The notes beneath the pieces are model-generated. The model saw nothing but the letters and a program-made list of their open reading frames with translations, was not told the DNA's origin and searched no databases. A stretch of 64,000 bases of DNA. Source: an uncultured Planctomycetia bacterium (lineage in GTDB: Bacteria > Omnitrophota > Gorgyraeia > Duberdicusellales > Duberdicusellaceae). Both the position numbers and the translations under genes were made by a program. Positions 16,881 to 26,788 of the stretch are shown in pieces. The stretch is taken from the NCBI GenBank assembly GCA_964634935.1, contig CAZWJT010000002.1, positions 138,643-202,642 of the forward strand. The letters run 5' to 3'. The stretch's first letter is position 1. Each line of letters starts with the position of its first letter.

Positions 16881-17414
16881 ATGCGCATGCTTGATCAAAT
16901 TAAAAAACTGAGAGATCTTACCGGGTTAGGCGTAAATGATTGTAAAAGCGCCCTGGACGAAGCAAAGGGTAATATTGAGCAGGCGCTCGCTGTTTTACGC
17001 AAAAAAGGGGTCGAAATTGCCGCAAAAAAATCGACCAAAGCAACGTTGCAGGGGGTGATAGAAGGCTATATTCATTTTTCATCGAGTATCGGCGCGCTTG
17101 TTGAAATAAACTGTCAGACTGACTTTGTTGCAAAAACAGATGATTTTAAGAAATTTGCGCGTGATATCGCCATGCATGTTGCTGCATGTAATCCTGCATA
17201 TCTTACTGCTGATGAGATACCCCTTGAGCTCATTGAGCAGTTAAAAAATCAAAAAGAAGCATTTATTGAGTCAAATTGCCTTCTCGATCAGCCTTTTGTG
17301 AAAGACCAGTCAATGAAGATTCGGGACTATTTGAATGCAGTAATAGCGAAAACCGGAGAAAAAATCTGTATTCGTAGATTTTCGAGGTTTGCAATAGGCG
17401 AAAATGTCGAATAA
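16881..17414 (+). CDS. tsf: Elongation factor Ts (short form, 177 aa)
   Basis: [34 protein letters not shown] (UBA-like N-domain) then a single core domain. Immediately downstream of rpsB. Confidence 0.85.
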   Translation: MRMLDQIKKLRDLTGLGVNDCKSALDEAKGNIEQALAVLRKKGVEIAAKKSTKATLQGVIEGYIHFSSSIGALVEINCQTDFVAKTDDFKKFARDIAMHVAACNPAYLTADEIPLELIEQLKNQKEAFIESNCLLDQPFVKDQSMKIRDYLNAVIAKTGEKICIRRFSRFAIGENVE

Positions 17415-18114
17415 GCCAAAAAGAGTTTTATTCAAACTGAGCGGTGAAGTATTCCAAGATAAGAACGCGAGTATATCGCCCGTAGTTTGTGTTTGGTTGG
17501 CAAAAGAAATAAAAGCCGCCGTTCAATCAGGGGTACAGATTGCTTTAGTTGTGGGGGGCGGTAATATATTTCGCGGATTTCCTCGTTCCAAGGAGTTTGG
17601 GATGGATAGGGCGGTCGCTGATTATATGGGGATGCTTGCGACTATTTTAAATGGCTTGGCGCTTCAGGATACGCTTGAAAAACAAGGAATACCCACCAGA
17701 GTTCTTACTGCTATTCAAATGCATCAGATTGCTGAACCGTATATTCGGCGCAGAGCAATACGCCATCTTGAAAAAGGACGAGTTGTTATTTTTGTTGCCG
17801 GAACAGGGAACCCCTACTTTACGACTGATACCGCCGCTGTTTTGAGGGCAGTAGAGATTCGAGCCGACATCATTTTAAAGGGAACCAAAGTTGACGGTGT
17901 CTATACCGATGACCCATTGAAAAACAAAAAAGCCCGTAAGTATTCACATGTTTCGTATATTGAGGTTCTTGAGAAAGGCTTGCGCATTATGGATTCAACG
18001 GCGATCAGTCTTTGTATGGATAATAAAATGCCAATCATGGTCTTTGATGTAACCAAGGCGGGAAATTTGAAAAAAGCTGTTTTGGGGCATCCGATTGGAA
18101 CATTAATTCAATAA
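17404..18114 (+). CDS. pyrH: UMP kinase
   Basis: [12 protein letters not shown]…[10 protein letters not shown]…[20 protein letters not shown], conserved PyrH motifs. Overlaps tsf by 11 nt. Confidence 0.9.
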   Translation: MSNKPKRVLFKLSGEVFQDKNASISPVVCVWLAKEIKAAVQSGVQIALVVGGGNIFRGFPRSKEFGMDRAVADYMGMLATILNGLALQDTLEKQGIPTRVLTAIQMHQIAEPYIRRRAIRHLEKGRVVIFVAGTGNPYFTTDTAAVLRAVEIRADIILKGTKVDGVYTDDPLKNKKARKYSHVSYIEVLEKGLRIMDSTAISLCMDNKMPIMVFDVTKAGNLKKAVLGHPIGTLIQ

Positions 18115-18124
18115 GAGGAGCAGT

Positions 18125-18682
18125 ATGGATAAAGCACTTATTCGACAAGCTGAAGATTCAATGAAGAAGGCAATTGATGCAACAAAGCGCGAATTTTCTG
18201 AATTGCGTACTGGTCGTGCCAATCCTAAGATGGTTGAGGGAATGAAAGTTGAATGCTACGGGTCATTTATGCTTCTGAAAGAAGTCGCGAGTATCAGCGT
18301 TCCCGAAGCTCGCCTGATTACGATTCACCCATGGGATCCAACTATAATCCCAGCGATTGAGAAATCAATTCTTCAATCGAACCTCGGCTTAACCCCATTT
18401 AACGATGGAAAGATCGTTCGCTTAAGCGTTCCACCTCTCTCTGAAGAACGTCGCGAGGAAATGGTTAAAATTGTCAAAAAGATAGCTGAAGAGGGGAGAG
18501 TTTCCTTAAGAACCATTCGGAAGGAACATAACGAAAAAATTCGTACGCTGGAAAAGGATAAAAAAATAAGCGAAGACGATCGTTTCCGCACAGAGGCAGA
18601 AATTCAGAAACTCACTGATAAATACATCCGCGAAGTTGATCAGCTGCTCCAGGATAAAGAAAAAGAATTGAAAGAATTCTAA
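18125..18682 (+). CDS. frr: Ribosome recycling factor
   Basis: 185 aa with typical RRF blocks (…LRTGRANP…VECYGS…, C-terminal coiled KEKELKEF). Confidence 0.9.
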   Translation: MDKALIRQAEDSMKKAIDATKREFSELRTGRANPKMVEGMKVECYGSFMLLKEVASISVPEARLITIHPWDPTIIPAIEKSILQSNLGLTPFNDGKIVRLSVPPLSEERREEMVKIVKKIAEEGRVSLRTIRKEHNEKIRTLEKDKKISEDDRFRTEAEIQKLTDKYIREVDQLLQDKEKELKEF

Positions 18683-18697
18683 TGCTACCATTTTTCC

Positions 18698-18777
18698 GCC
18701 GCGGTGGCGGAATTGGCAGACGCGCATGGCTTAGAACCATGTCCGTGAGGGTGGGAGTTCAAATCTCCCCCGCGGCA
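18698..18777 (+). tRNA. tRNA-Leu (anticodon TAG), long variable arm
   Basis: Acceptor stem GCCGCGG/CCGCGGC. Anticodon stem CATGG / loop CTTAGAA / CCATG. Long variable arm. T-arm GGGAGTTCAAATCTCCC. CCA not encoded. Confidence 0.8.
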
Positions 18778-18780
18778 CAT

Positions 18781-18807
18781 AAAGATACCACTTTACCTGG
18801 TATCTTT
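18781..18807 (+). other. Perfect 10-bp-stem hairpin (AAAGATACCA-ctttacc-TGGTATCTTT) between tRNA-Leu and tRNA-Cys
   Basis: Inverted repeat read directly from the sequence. Possible processing or termination signal in the tRNA spacer. Confidence 0.4.
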
Positions 18808-18841
18808 TATCGCGTTCATGTTCTTTGTGTGACATATCCAT

Positions 18842-18913
18842 GGCGGTGTAGCCAAGTGGAAAGGCAGTGGTCTGCAAAACCACTATACAGCGGTTCAAAT
18901 CCGCTCGCCGCCT
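18842..18913 (+). tRNA. tRNA-Cys (anticodon GCA)
   Basis: Acceptor GGCGGTG/CGCCGCC (one G-U pair). Anticodon stem GTGGT / loop CTGCAAA / ACCAC. T-arm AGCGGTTCAAATCCGCT. Confidence 0.75.
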
Positions 18914-18956
18914 GATTTACGAAGTTTTTTGACTGAAAAGCATTTCAAAACGCTCT

Positions 18957-19029
18957 GAGCCGCTAGCTCATCTGGTAGAGCATCGGCCTTTTAAGCCGGG
19001 GGTGCCGGGTTCGAGCCCCGGGCGGCTCA
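18957..19029 (+). tRNA. tRNA-Lys (anticodon TTT)
   Basis: Acceptor GAGCCGC/GCGGCTC. D-arm AGCTCATCTGGTAGAGC. Anticodon loop CTTTTAA. T-loop GGTTCGAGCCC. Confidence 0.8.
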
Positions 19030-19069
19030 TATGATATACGAAAGCGCCATAGGGAGGTTTGTGATTGAT

Positions 19070-19142
19070 GCGAGGGTAGCTCAATTGGTAGAGCACCACG
19101 TTGCCAACGTGGTGGTCGCGGGTTCAAGCCCCGTCCCTCGCT
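19070..19142 (+). tRNA. tRNA-Gly (anticodon GCC)
   Basis: Acceptor GCGAGGG/CCCTCGC. D-arm AGCTCAATTGGTAGAGC. Anticodon stem CACGT / loop TTGCCAA / ACGTG. T-loop GGTTCAAGCCC. Confidence 0.8.
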
Positions 19143-19154
19143 GAATAAAATAAC

Positions 19155-19622
19155 ATGAAGGTTTCAGATTACATACATCAAGATCTTATCTTCTTTAATC
19201 TTCCCGCAAAGAAGAAGAAAGAAATACTCGAGGAAATTGTATCGCGAATTTCTCACCTGAAAAAATTTTCTGCCCCAAAAAAGAAAAAAATACTATCGAA
19301 ATTATTTGAACGGGAGCGCTTAGGCTCTACAGCTATTGGGCAAGGGATAGCTTTGCCACATGCCCGGGTAGATTTTATTAAAAAAGTTATCTTGACCGTA
19401 TCCTTTTCCAAGGAAGGTCTCGACTTTGAATCACTTGATGGCGAAAAAGTACATATGATTTTTTTGCTTATCTCTCCGGAAAGCATGGAAGGCGTACACT
19501 TGAAGATGCTTGCGAATATTAGCAGGCTTCTCCGCGACCGCTATTTTCTTGAACGGTTGCGTTCTTGTCGTCAAGCGAAGGAAGTTAAGAGTTTAATCGA
19601 GACACAGGAAATTCGATTGTAG
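19155..19622 (+). CDS. ptsN: PTS EIIA-Ntr (nitrogen regulatory IIA, fructose/mannitol-type EIIA domain)
   Basis: 155 aa, phospho-His motif LGSTAIGQGIALPHARVD. Sits in a ptsN-yvcK-ptsH-ptsI arrangement. Confidence 0.75.
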   Translation: MKVSDYIHQDLIFFNLPAKKKKEILEEIVSRISHLKKFSAPKKKKILSKLFERERLGSTAIGQGIALPHARVDFIKKVILTVSFSKEGLDFESLDGEKVHMIFLLISPESMEGVHLKMLANISRLLRDRYFLERLRSCRQAKEVKSLIETQEIRL

Positions 19623-19629
19623 TCGTAAT

Positions 19630-20889
19630 ATGAAAATTCGTTTACGCTGGCTTTTCCCTGGATTAAAACTCAAACGCTGGGTTTTACTTTGTCTGGTCGG
19701 TGGTTGTGTTGCGGTTTATTCACTCTCACAGTTTTTTTTGCGCAATACACTTTGGCCGCTCTGGGTTTTTTTCTTCTCTATGGGGATTGTTTCCCTGATT
19801 ATCGGTATCGTATTATTTATCCGGAGCCTTCTTGATGCGGTTGTCCCTTCGCGCAGGAATGAAATTCTCGATGTTCTCTATAAGACAAGATACTTAGAAA
19901 AAGGTCCACGGGTTGTTGTTTTTGGTGGAGGAACCGGTCTTTCCAATCTGTTGTCTGGTCTCAAAGAATTTACGTATAATATTACCGCTGTGGTTACTGT
20001 AGCGGATGAGGGCGGGAGTTCCGGAAGATTAAGAAAAGAATTTGATATCCTTCCTCCGGGCGATATTCGGAACTGTTTGGTCGCGCTCGCGAGCGCTTCA
20101 GAACTCATGCGTAGGCTTTTTCAATATCGATTTGTCAAAGGGGAAGGTTTCGAAGGACATAGTTTCGGCAATCTTTTTATTACCGCAATGACCGAAGTAA
20201 CAGGTAGTTTCGATATTGCGATAAAGGAATCAAGCAAGATTCTTTCGATTCGAGGGCAGGTATTGCCTGTTACGCTGGAAAAAATCAGAATTAAGGCAGA
20301 ATATATTGATGGCAGTACGCAAGAAGGGGAAGATATCATTCCTCAAAAAGGCATCCCCATCAAGCGTATTCTTCTTTCACCCGAAAACATAAAAGCCAAT
20401 ACTGAGGTTCTTGAGGCGTTACAAATGGCAGATTTAGTGCTTTTTGGGCCAGGCAGTCTCTATACGAGTATTCTTCCGAGCCTGCTTGTTCCAGAAATAC
20501 CAACGGTTTTAAAACGCTTGTCAGTGCCCCGTCTCTATGTTTGCAATGTAATGACACAGTACGGCGAAACAGATGGATTTACTGCTTCAATGCATCTAAA
20601 GGTACTTTTGGATCATGTCGGTTCGCATATCGTAGATGCATGCTTGCTGAATGCCGCTGCTTCTGACGCTCATCGTTTGCTCCGCTATGCGGAAGAAAAA
20701 TCCTTCCCGGTTTTGCCAGATGCTGATATTGTTGAGTCTTTGGGTTGTATTCCTTTCGAGGCCAATCTTATAAGCTCGGAGAATTTTATACGCCATGATC
20801 CGATAAAGCTTGCACGGAAAATAATTGAAATTTATACGACCTGGAACAAACATGCAAAGACAAGAGCGCGAAGTTACGATAAAAAATAA
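19630..20889 (+). CDS. YvcK/CofD-family (UPF0052) gluconeogenesis-factor-like protein with an N-terminal two-TM extension
   Basis: VVVFGGGTGLSNLLSGLK P-loop-like motif typical of YvcK/CofD. About 90 extra N-terminal residues form two hydrophobic helices (LLCLVGGCVAVYSL…, LWVFFFSMGIVSLIIGIVLFI). Confidence 0.7.
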   Translation: MKIRLRWLFPGLKLKRWVLLCLVGGCVAVYSLSQFFLRNTLWPLWVFFFSMGIVSLIIGIVLFIRSLLDAVVPSRRNEILDVLYKTRYLEKGPRVVVFGGGTGLSNLLSGLKEFTYNITAVVTVADEGGSSGRLRKEFDILPPGDIRNCLVALASASELMRRLFQYRFVKGEGFEGHSFGNLFITAMTEVTGSFDIAIKESSKILSIRGQVLPVTLEKIRIKAEYIDGSTQEGEDIIPQKGIPIKRILLSPENIKANTEVLEALQMADLVLFGPGSLYTSILPSLLVPEIPTVLKRLSVPRLYVCNVMTQYGETDGFTASMHLKVLLDHVGSHIVDACLLNAAASDAHRLLRYAEEKSFPVLPDADIVESLGCIPFEANLISSENFIRHDPIKLARKIIEIYTTWNKHAKTRARSYDKK

Positions 20890-21115
20890 ACTTGGATTTC
20901 ATGCTCGTCCAGCAGCGCTTTTTGTCCAGACCGCATCGAAGTTTGATTCCGTGGTGTATATACGCAAGAATCAGGAAACAATCGATGCGAAGTCAATTAT
21001 GAATCTTTTGAGTTTAGGTTTAGAAACGGGTTCACAGCTTACCTTAATTATTGAAGGTGAAGACGCAGACCGAGCAATGGAGGATTTGGTAAAAATTCTT
21101 GAAAGCGATGGATAA
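20852..21115 (+). CDS. ptsH: Phosphocarrier protein HPr
   Basis: MQRQEREVTIKNKLGFHARPAALFV (active His in GFHARPAA) and regulatory Ser in AKSIMNLLSLG. 87 aa from the ATG at 20852; the track ORF start at 20825 is an upstream extension overlapping yvcK. Confidence 0.85.
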   Translation: MQRQEREVTIKNKLGFHARPAALFVQTASKFDSVVYIRKNQETIDAKSIMNLLSLGLETGSQLTLIIEGEDADRAMEDLVKILESDG

Positions 21116-22865
21116 GCGATTAAAAGGAGTTTCTGCCTCTTCTGGAATTGCAATCGGAAAGGCACATTTCGTTGGAGCAGAAGAATTTGCTATCAGTAAG
21201 CGGAAGATTACCCTTGAGGATGTTCCGAAGGAGATTTTACGCTTCGAAGACGCGCTCATTAGCACTCGTCGCGAAATCCTCGATTTACGCAAGGAAATAG
21301 AAACAAAGCTTGACGATAAACACGCGCAAATATTTGATGCTCATCTGCTGGTTCTTGAAGATCGCGTTTTAGTCGAAGCGGTCATCAATCAGATCAAAAA
21401 TGAACGTATTAATGTCGAGTACGCATTTGGGAAAACAGTTCAAAAATACGTCGATACATTTTCTCGGCTGGAAGACCAATACTTGCGCGAACGAGTCGCT
21501 GATATCAATGATGTTTCCCGTAGAGTTCTTCAAAAACTGCTCAAGAAAGAAAAAACATCTCCTGCTGCGATTAAAGAAAAAGTAATTATTGTGGCGCACG
21601 ATTTATCGCCTGCCGACACCGCTGCATTACCGAAGAAAAATATTCTCGGGTTTATCACGGATATTGGAGGGCCAACTTCGCATACCGCAATTATTGCGCG
21701 TTCTTTGGGTATTCCGGCTGTTGTTGGTCTTGAAAATGCGACAAAATTTATTAATTCGGGAGATTCTATCATTATCGATGGAAGTGCCGGTGTCGTGGTG
21801 GTGAATCCTTCCCTGAATTCACAGCATGTATACGCATTAAAGCAGAAAGACGAAAAGCGCTCGCAAAAGACATCCTATCTGCTTAAGAAATCACCCTCAG
21901 AAACAAAAGATAAACATCGCGTGGTCATCGCTGCGAATATAGAACTTCCCGAAGAGATTGATCCATTGCTTGTTTGGGGTGCAGAAGGAATTGGTTTGTA
22001 TCGAACGGAATATATGTTTTTAGGTCGTCGGGATCTTCCTAGTGAAGATGAGCAATTTTTGGCATATTCAACAGCCGCAAAGAGAGTCGCGCCGCATCCA
22101 GTGATCATCCGGACGCTTGATTTAGGCGGAGACAAATTTCTCTCGCATCCTGATATTCCCCGGGATATGCATCCTTTTTTAGGCTGGCGGGCAATTCGAT
22201 TTTGTTTGGCTCGTCCAGATATCTTCAAAGCACAATTGCGCGCAATTTTGAGAGCGTCAAAAGTAGGAAATATTAAAATAATGTTTCCGATGATTTCGGG
22301 TATCGAAGAGTTGCGGAAGGCGAAAGAATTCCTAGAGCAGGCACGGCGTGAAGTCCTCCAGAGTGGCTATGCAATTTCACGGTCGTTAGAAGTGGGGGTT
22401 ATGATTGAGGTTCCTTCCGCGGCTCTTACCAGTGATATTATCGCTCGAGAGGTTGATTTTTTTAGTATTGGTACCAATGATCTTATTCAGTATGCTTTAG
22501 CGGTTGATCGCGCCAATGAAAAGGTTGCCTATCTTTATGATCCGATTCATCCTGGAGTTTTACGATTAATCAAAATGATCATTGAGAACGCTCATAGTCA
22601 TGATATTTGGGTGGGAATGTGCGGCGAAATGGCTTCTTCGCTGCTTTGCGCAGTTTTACTTTTAGGTTTAGAGCTGGATGAGTTTAGTGTTCCGCCCCCG
22701 GTTGTTCCGAAATTAAAGCGTTTAATCCGGGCAATGTCTTTTGCGTGGGCTCGCGAAACAGCCCGCCGCGCTTTGGAGTTTTCTTCATCTCGCGAAACAG
22801 AAAAATTTCTTACGGAAACTCTGCGGAAAGAGTTAAAGGGAAATTACGAAGATTTTCTTCGTTAG
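21099..22865 (+). CDS. ptsI: Phosphoenolpyruvate-protein phosphotransferase (PTS enzyme I)
   Basis: 588 aa. SSGIAIGKA N-terminus, phospho-His region GGPTSHTAIIARSLGIPAVVG, PEP-utilising C-domain (…LYRTEYMFLGR…, …SIGTNDLIQY…). Confidence 0.9.
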   Translation: MKAMDKRLKGVSASSGIAIGKAHFVGAEEFAISKRKITLEDVPKEILRFEDALISTRREILDLRKEIETKLDDKHAQIFDAHLLVLEDRVLVEAVINQIKNERINVEYAFGKTVQKYVDTFSRLEDQYLRERVADINDVSRRVLQKLLKKEKTSPAAIKEKVIIVAHDLSPADTAALPKKNILGFITDIGGPTSHTAIIARSLGIPAVVGLENATKFINSGDSIIIDGSAGVVVVNPSLNSQHVYALKQKDEKRSQKTSYLLKKSPSETKDKHRVVIAANIELPEEIDPLLVWGAEGIGLYRTEYMFLGRRDLPSEDEQFLAYSTAAKRVAPHPVIIRTLDLGGDKFLSHPDIPRDMHPFLGWRAIRFCLARPDIFKAQLRAILRASKVGNIKIMFPMISGIEELRKAKEFLEQARREVLQSGYAISRSLEVGVMIEVPSAALTSDIIAREVDFFSIGTNDLIQYALAVDRANEKVAYLYDPIHPGVLRLIKMIIENAHSHDIWVGMCGEMASSLLCAVLLLGLELDEFSVPPPVVPKLKRLIRAMSFAWARETARRALEFSSSRETEKFLTETLRKELKGNYEDFLR

Positions 22866-22900
22866 AGGGATTATCAACAGATTAAACCATGGAGGAAGCG

Positions 22901-24055
22901 ATGAAATATTTTTTTACTTCAGAATCGGTCACTGAGGGTCATCCAGATAAGGTGGCCGATCAGATTTCAGATGCGGTATTAGATGAGGTAATGCGGTTAG
23001 ATCCTTCAGGGCGCGTTGCCTGCGAAACATTTGTAACGATGGGCCTTGTTATCGTTGGCGGTGAAATTACCACAACCGGGTATGTTGATATCCATAAAAT
23101 AGCGCGAAAAGTGATTCAAGACATAGGCTATACAGATCCCAAATACGGCTTTGATTACCATACATGCGCTATATTAAATTCAATCCACGCTCAATCTCCT
23201 GATATTGCTCAAGGCGTTGACATTGGCGGGGCAGGCGATCAGGGAATGATGTTTGGATATGCTACTGATGAAACCAAAGAATTTATGCCGCTCCCGATAG
23301 TGCTTGCCCACAAGCTTGTTGCGCGAATGAGTGAGGTTCGCAAAAACAAGACCCTTCAGTATCTCGGCCCAGACGGAAAATCCCAAGTTACTATTGAATA
23401 TCACGATGGAAAACCTGCGCGCATTGATTCAGTGGTACTTGCTTGTCAGCACACAGATGAGATTCTCGACAAAACGAAACAGCATATTACAGAAAAAGCA
23501 CGCAATGAAATCATCGATTCGATTGCTCAGCCAGTCTTAAAAAGGCTTTTAGATTCAAAGACACGATATTATATTAATGAGACTGGAAAGTTTGTCGTTG
23601 GGGGACCGCAGTCTGATACGGGCATGACTGGCCGAAAGATTATGGTAGATACATACGGAGGATCTGTGGCTCACGGTGGGGGGGCTTTTTCCGGGAAAGA
23701 TCCTACGAAAGTCGATCGCTCGGCAGCGTATATGGCTCGCTATATCGCAAAAAATATTGTAGCAGCTGAACTCGCGCATGAATGTACGATTCAGCTATCG
23801 TATGTTATTGGGAAAGCTGAACCTCTTTCTGTTTACGTGAAACTAGATCAGGATGCAGCAGTTGATGCTGCTGTTCTTTCAAGCGTTATCCGGAAAGTGT
23901 TTGACTTGACGCCAAAGGGAATCATCAAAGCACTTAATTTAAGACGGCCAATTTATCAACGAACAGCATGTTACGGACATTTTGGGAGGAGCGAAGATTC
24001 CTTTACTTGGGAGAAGCTCGATAAAGTTGACCAGCTAAAGAGAGCATGCCAATGA
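22901..24055 (+). CDS. metK: S-adenosylmethionine synthetase
   Basis: [28 protein letters not shown]…[28 protein letters not shown] 6 nt upstream of the ATG at 22901. Confidence 0.95.
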   Translation: MKYFFTSESVTEGHPDKVADQISDAVLDEVMRLDPSGRVACETFVTMGLVIVGGEITTTGYVDIHKIARKVIQDIGYTDPKYGFDYHTCAILNSIHAQSPDIAQGVDIGGAGDQGMMFGYATDETKEFMPLPIVLAHKLVARMSEVRKNKTLQYLGPDGKSQVTIEYHDGKPARIDSVVLACQHTDEILDKTKQHITEKARNEIIDSIAQPVLKRLLDSKTRYYINETGKFVVGGPQSDTGMTGRKIMVDTYGGSVAHGGGAFSGKDPTKVDRSAAYMARYIAKNIVAAELAHECTIQLSYVIGKAEPLSVYVKLDQDAAVDAAVLSSVIRKVFDLTPKGIIKALNLRRPIYQRTACYGHFGRSEDSFTWEKLDKVDQLKRACQ

Positions 24056-25320
24056 AGTACGATATATACAACAAAGATTTACATCGCCAGGGTCAGCAGC
24101 GCATCGAATGGGCTTTAGAGCGAATGCCGGTTCTTGAATTGATTCGAAAACGCTTTGTTCAAGAAAAGCCTCTCCGGGGTGTTACGATCGGAGCTTGTCT
24201 CCATGTTACGACAGAAACCGCTGCCTTGATGATTACCCTAAAAGAAGCAGGGGCTCGGGTTATTTTATGTGCTTCAAATCCATTGTCCACGCAAGACGAC
24301 ACGGCAGCCTCGCTTGTCCATGATTATGATATTGCGGTTTTTGCACGGAAAGGAGAAGACAATAAACGCTATTACGCTCATATCGAAGCTGTATTGAAAG
24401 AACGACCATTGATTACACTCGATGACGGTGCTGATTTAATTAGCACTGTTCATAAAAAATTCTACGCGCATATTCTTTCGCGTGAAGAATTGCCTAAGGC
24501 GAGTACAGAAGAAACTACTACCGGGGTCATTCGCTTGAGAGCCTTGGAACAGCAAAAAAAACTTTTATACCCTATTATCGCTGTAAATGATGCTTATACC
24601 AAGCATCTTTTCGACAATCGCTATGGTACTGGCCAATCAACCATGGATGGCATTTTGCGTGCCACCAATAAGCTCATTGCCGGAATGAATTTTGTTATTG
24701 GTGGATATGGGTGGTGTTCTAAAGGTATTGCTCAAAAGGCGCGCGGGCTGGGGGCTCAGGTTATTGTGACTGAGGTTGACCCGTTGCGTGCGCTTGAAGC
24801 GGTTATGGATGGTTTCCGAGTCCTGCCAATGCGCCATGCGGCGAGAATCGCGGATATCATTGTTACTGCAACCGGAAATATTGATATTGTTGGAAAAGCG
24901 ATTTTTCCTCTTATGAAAGATAAAGTCCTTCTTGCTAATTCCGGCCATTTTAACGTAGAACTTGACCTAGTGAGTTTAAAGAAAATGGCAAAAAAAATTC
25001 GCACCGTGAAGCCTGCTCTTGACGAGTACGTATTGCGCGGAGGAAAGCGAATATATGTTTTAGCAGAGGGGCGTTTGGTTAATTTAGCATGCGCCGAAGG
25101 ACATCCTGCTGAAGTAATGGATATGTCGTTTGCCAACCAAGCATTAAGCTGTGAATATATCATGAAAAATTCTCACCAGCTTTCCATAGCAGTACGCAGT
25201 GTTCCAGCTAAAATCGATGCTCATGTCGCAAAGTTAAAATTAGACGCAATGGGCATACCGATTGACGCTCTTACCGGGAAACAGCAACGCTATCTGGTAA
25301 GCTGGAGTGAAGGAACCTAA
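24046..25320 (+). CDS. ahcY: Adenosylhomocysteinase
   Basis: 424 aa. NAD-binding [34 protein letters not shown] blocks throughout. Overlaps the metK stop. Confidence 0.9.
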   Translation: MPMKYDIYNKDLHRQGQQRIEWALERMPVLELIRKRFVQEKPLRGVTIGACLHVTTETAALMITLKEAGARVILCASNPLSTQDDTAASLVHDYDIAVFARKGEDNKRYYAHIEAVLKERPLITLDDGADLISTVHKKFYAHILSREELPKASTEETTTGVIRLRALEQQKKLLYPIIAVNDAYTKHLFDNRYGTGQSTMDGILRATNKLIAGMNFVIGGYGWCSKGIAQKARGLGAQVIVTEVDPLRALEAVMDGFRVLPMRHAARIADIIVTATGNIDIVGKAIFPLMKDKVLLANSGHFNVELDLVSLKKMAKKIRTVKPALDEYVLRGGKRIYVLAEGRLVNLACAEGHPAEVMDMSFANQALSCEYIMKNSHQLSIAVRSVPAKIDAHVAKLKLDAMGIPIDALTGKQQRYLVSWSEGT

Positions 25321-25357
25321 CGCGAAATTTTTCTTTTGAAAAACATGTGCCAATCTC

Positions 25358-26779
25358 GTGTGTATGGGTAAAACTGGTATTTCCTCATATCAGGAATTAA
25401 AACATCGTCTCGAAGGGCTGCGGTTTTCCGCGAGCGGAGTACGTCTGGTTCGTGTAGAAGACTTTATACCCTGGGTTGACGTGCTCGTTGAGGCTATCGT
25501 GCTTTCTCCTGATGTGAAGCTAAAATCATTTTGTTCCTGGGTTATTTGGGAGGTTGCGCTCGAACTCGGCATTATTCCTGCATCGCTGTTTGACCTCTAC
25601 CACCATAGTGTTCAAAAAAGAACAGCCGGATTTACCATTCCGGCGATGAATCTGCGAACCTTTACTTATGAACATGCGCAGGCAATGTTTCGGGCAGCAA
25701 AAAAATATAATGCCGGAGCCTTTGTTTTTGAATTAGCTCCGTCGGAAGTTTATTATACAAATCAAACCTTTCTTGAGTTTTCGATCATTATTTTAGCAAG
25801 CGCAATCCGGGAGCATTATTCTGGTCCAGTATTTCTCCAGGGAGATCATCTCCAATTTAATCCCAGGGTTTTCCGAAAAAATCCGCTTCAAGAAATAAAA
25901 AAAGTGAAGAAAATAATCCAGTGTGCCCTGAACGCTGGTTTCTACAACTTTGATATCGATACATCTACGTTGGTAAATTTCCGGAAAAAGGATTTTTCTG
26001 AGCAGCAGAGCATGAGTGCTTCGGTATGCGCGCAACTTACCCAATTTATCCGGAATAATCAACCATCGTTTGTGAATGTTGCACTGGGAGGGGAAATCGG
26101 TGAGCTTTCCAAGAAAAACTCAACCCCGGAAGAATTACACGCTTTCATGGAGGAATTTAAGAGAACATATCATGTTCATCAACCAGGTTTATCAAAAATC
26201 AGTATCCAAACAGGAGCATTTCCTGGGGGAGTTGTTTTACCTGACGGTACGATTGCCCAAGTTCACATTGATTTTGAAACTATTCAATCGCTTTCACGAA
26301 TTGCGCAGGAACAGTACGGGTTAGCGGGGGTAGTCCAGCACGGAGCTTCAACGCTTCCTTCAGACGCTTTCCATAAATTTGTCGATGCGCATACCCGGGA
26401 AATTCATCTGGCAACTCAATTCCAAAACATCGTCTATAATGGACTTCCGATATCACTGAAAGAACGGATGTATTCTTGGATTGAAAAGACATTTCGCGCT
26501 GAACGCGGCTTAACCGATACGAAAGAGCAGTTTCTCTATAAAGTACGGAAACGCGCCCTGGGGCCATTTAAACAAGAGTTATTCCAACTGCCAAAAGACA
26601 TAAAAAATAAGATTGCCTACGATCTTACCAAGGAAATTGAATTTCTTTTTTCCGAACTCAAAATAGAGAATACATTTCCGCTTGTGTCCAAAATTACTAA
26701 TCTTGCTAAAACAAAGAGAAACCTTGATCATTTTGTCTCTCGGTATAAAAATGATCGAGCTTGTATTTTTAAAACATAA
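25358..26779 (+). CDS. Class II aldolase-fold TIM-barrel protein of the GatZ/KbaZ (tagatose-bisphosphate aldolase non-catalytic subunit) type, with ~80-aa N-terminal extension
   Basis: GFTIPAMNLRTF…AGAFVFELAPSEV…FLQGDHLQFNP parallels GatZ blocks (…CSVCS…, …PVLIEATSNQV…, …GGDHLGPN…). 473 aa. Confidence 0.45.
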   Translation: MCMGKTGISSYQELKHRLEGLRFSASGVRLVRVEDFIPWVDVLVEAIVLSPDVKLKSFCSWVIWEVALELGIIPASLFDLYHHSVQKRTAGFTIPAMNLRTFTYEHAQAMFRAAKKYNAGAFVFELAPSEVYYTNQTFLEFSIIILASAIREHYSGPVFLQGDHLQFNPRVFRKNPLQEIKKVKKIIQCALNAGFYNFDIDTSTLVNFRKKDFSEQQSMSASVCAQLTQFIRNNQPSFVNVALGGEIGELSKKNSTPEELHAFMEEFKRTYHVHQPGLSKISIQTGAFPGGVVLPDGTIAQVHIDFETIQSLSRIAQEQYGLAGVVQHGASTLPSDAFHKFVDAHTREIHLATQFQNIVYNGLPISLKERMYSWIEKTFRAERGLTDTKEQFLYKVRKRALGPFKQELFQLPKDIKNKIAYDLTKEIEFLFSELKIENTFPLVSKITNLAKTKRNLDHFVSRYKNDRACIFKT

Positions 26780-26788
26780 GGAGATACC

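Noticed and set aside
16881-17414. Possible tsf pseudogene (truncated EF-Ts)
   Set aside because: The ORF is intact, tightly packed between rpsB and pyrH with conserved N-terminal domain motifs. Short EF-Ts forms exist, so I read it as a genuine compact gene rather than a decayed one.
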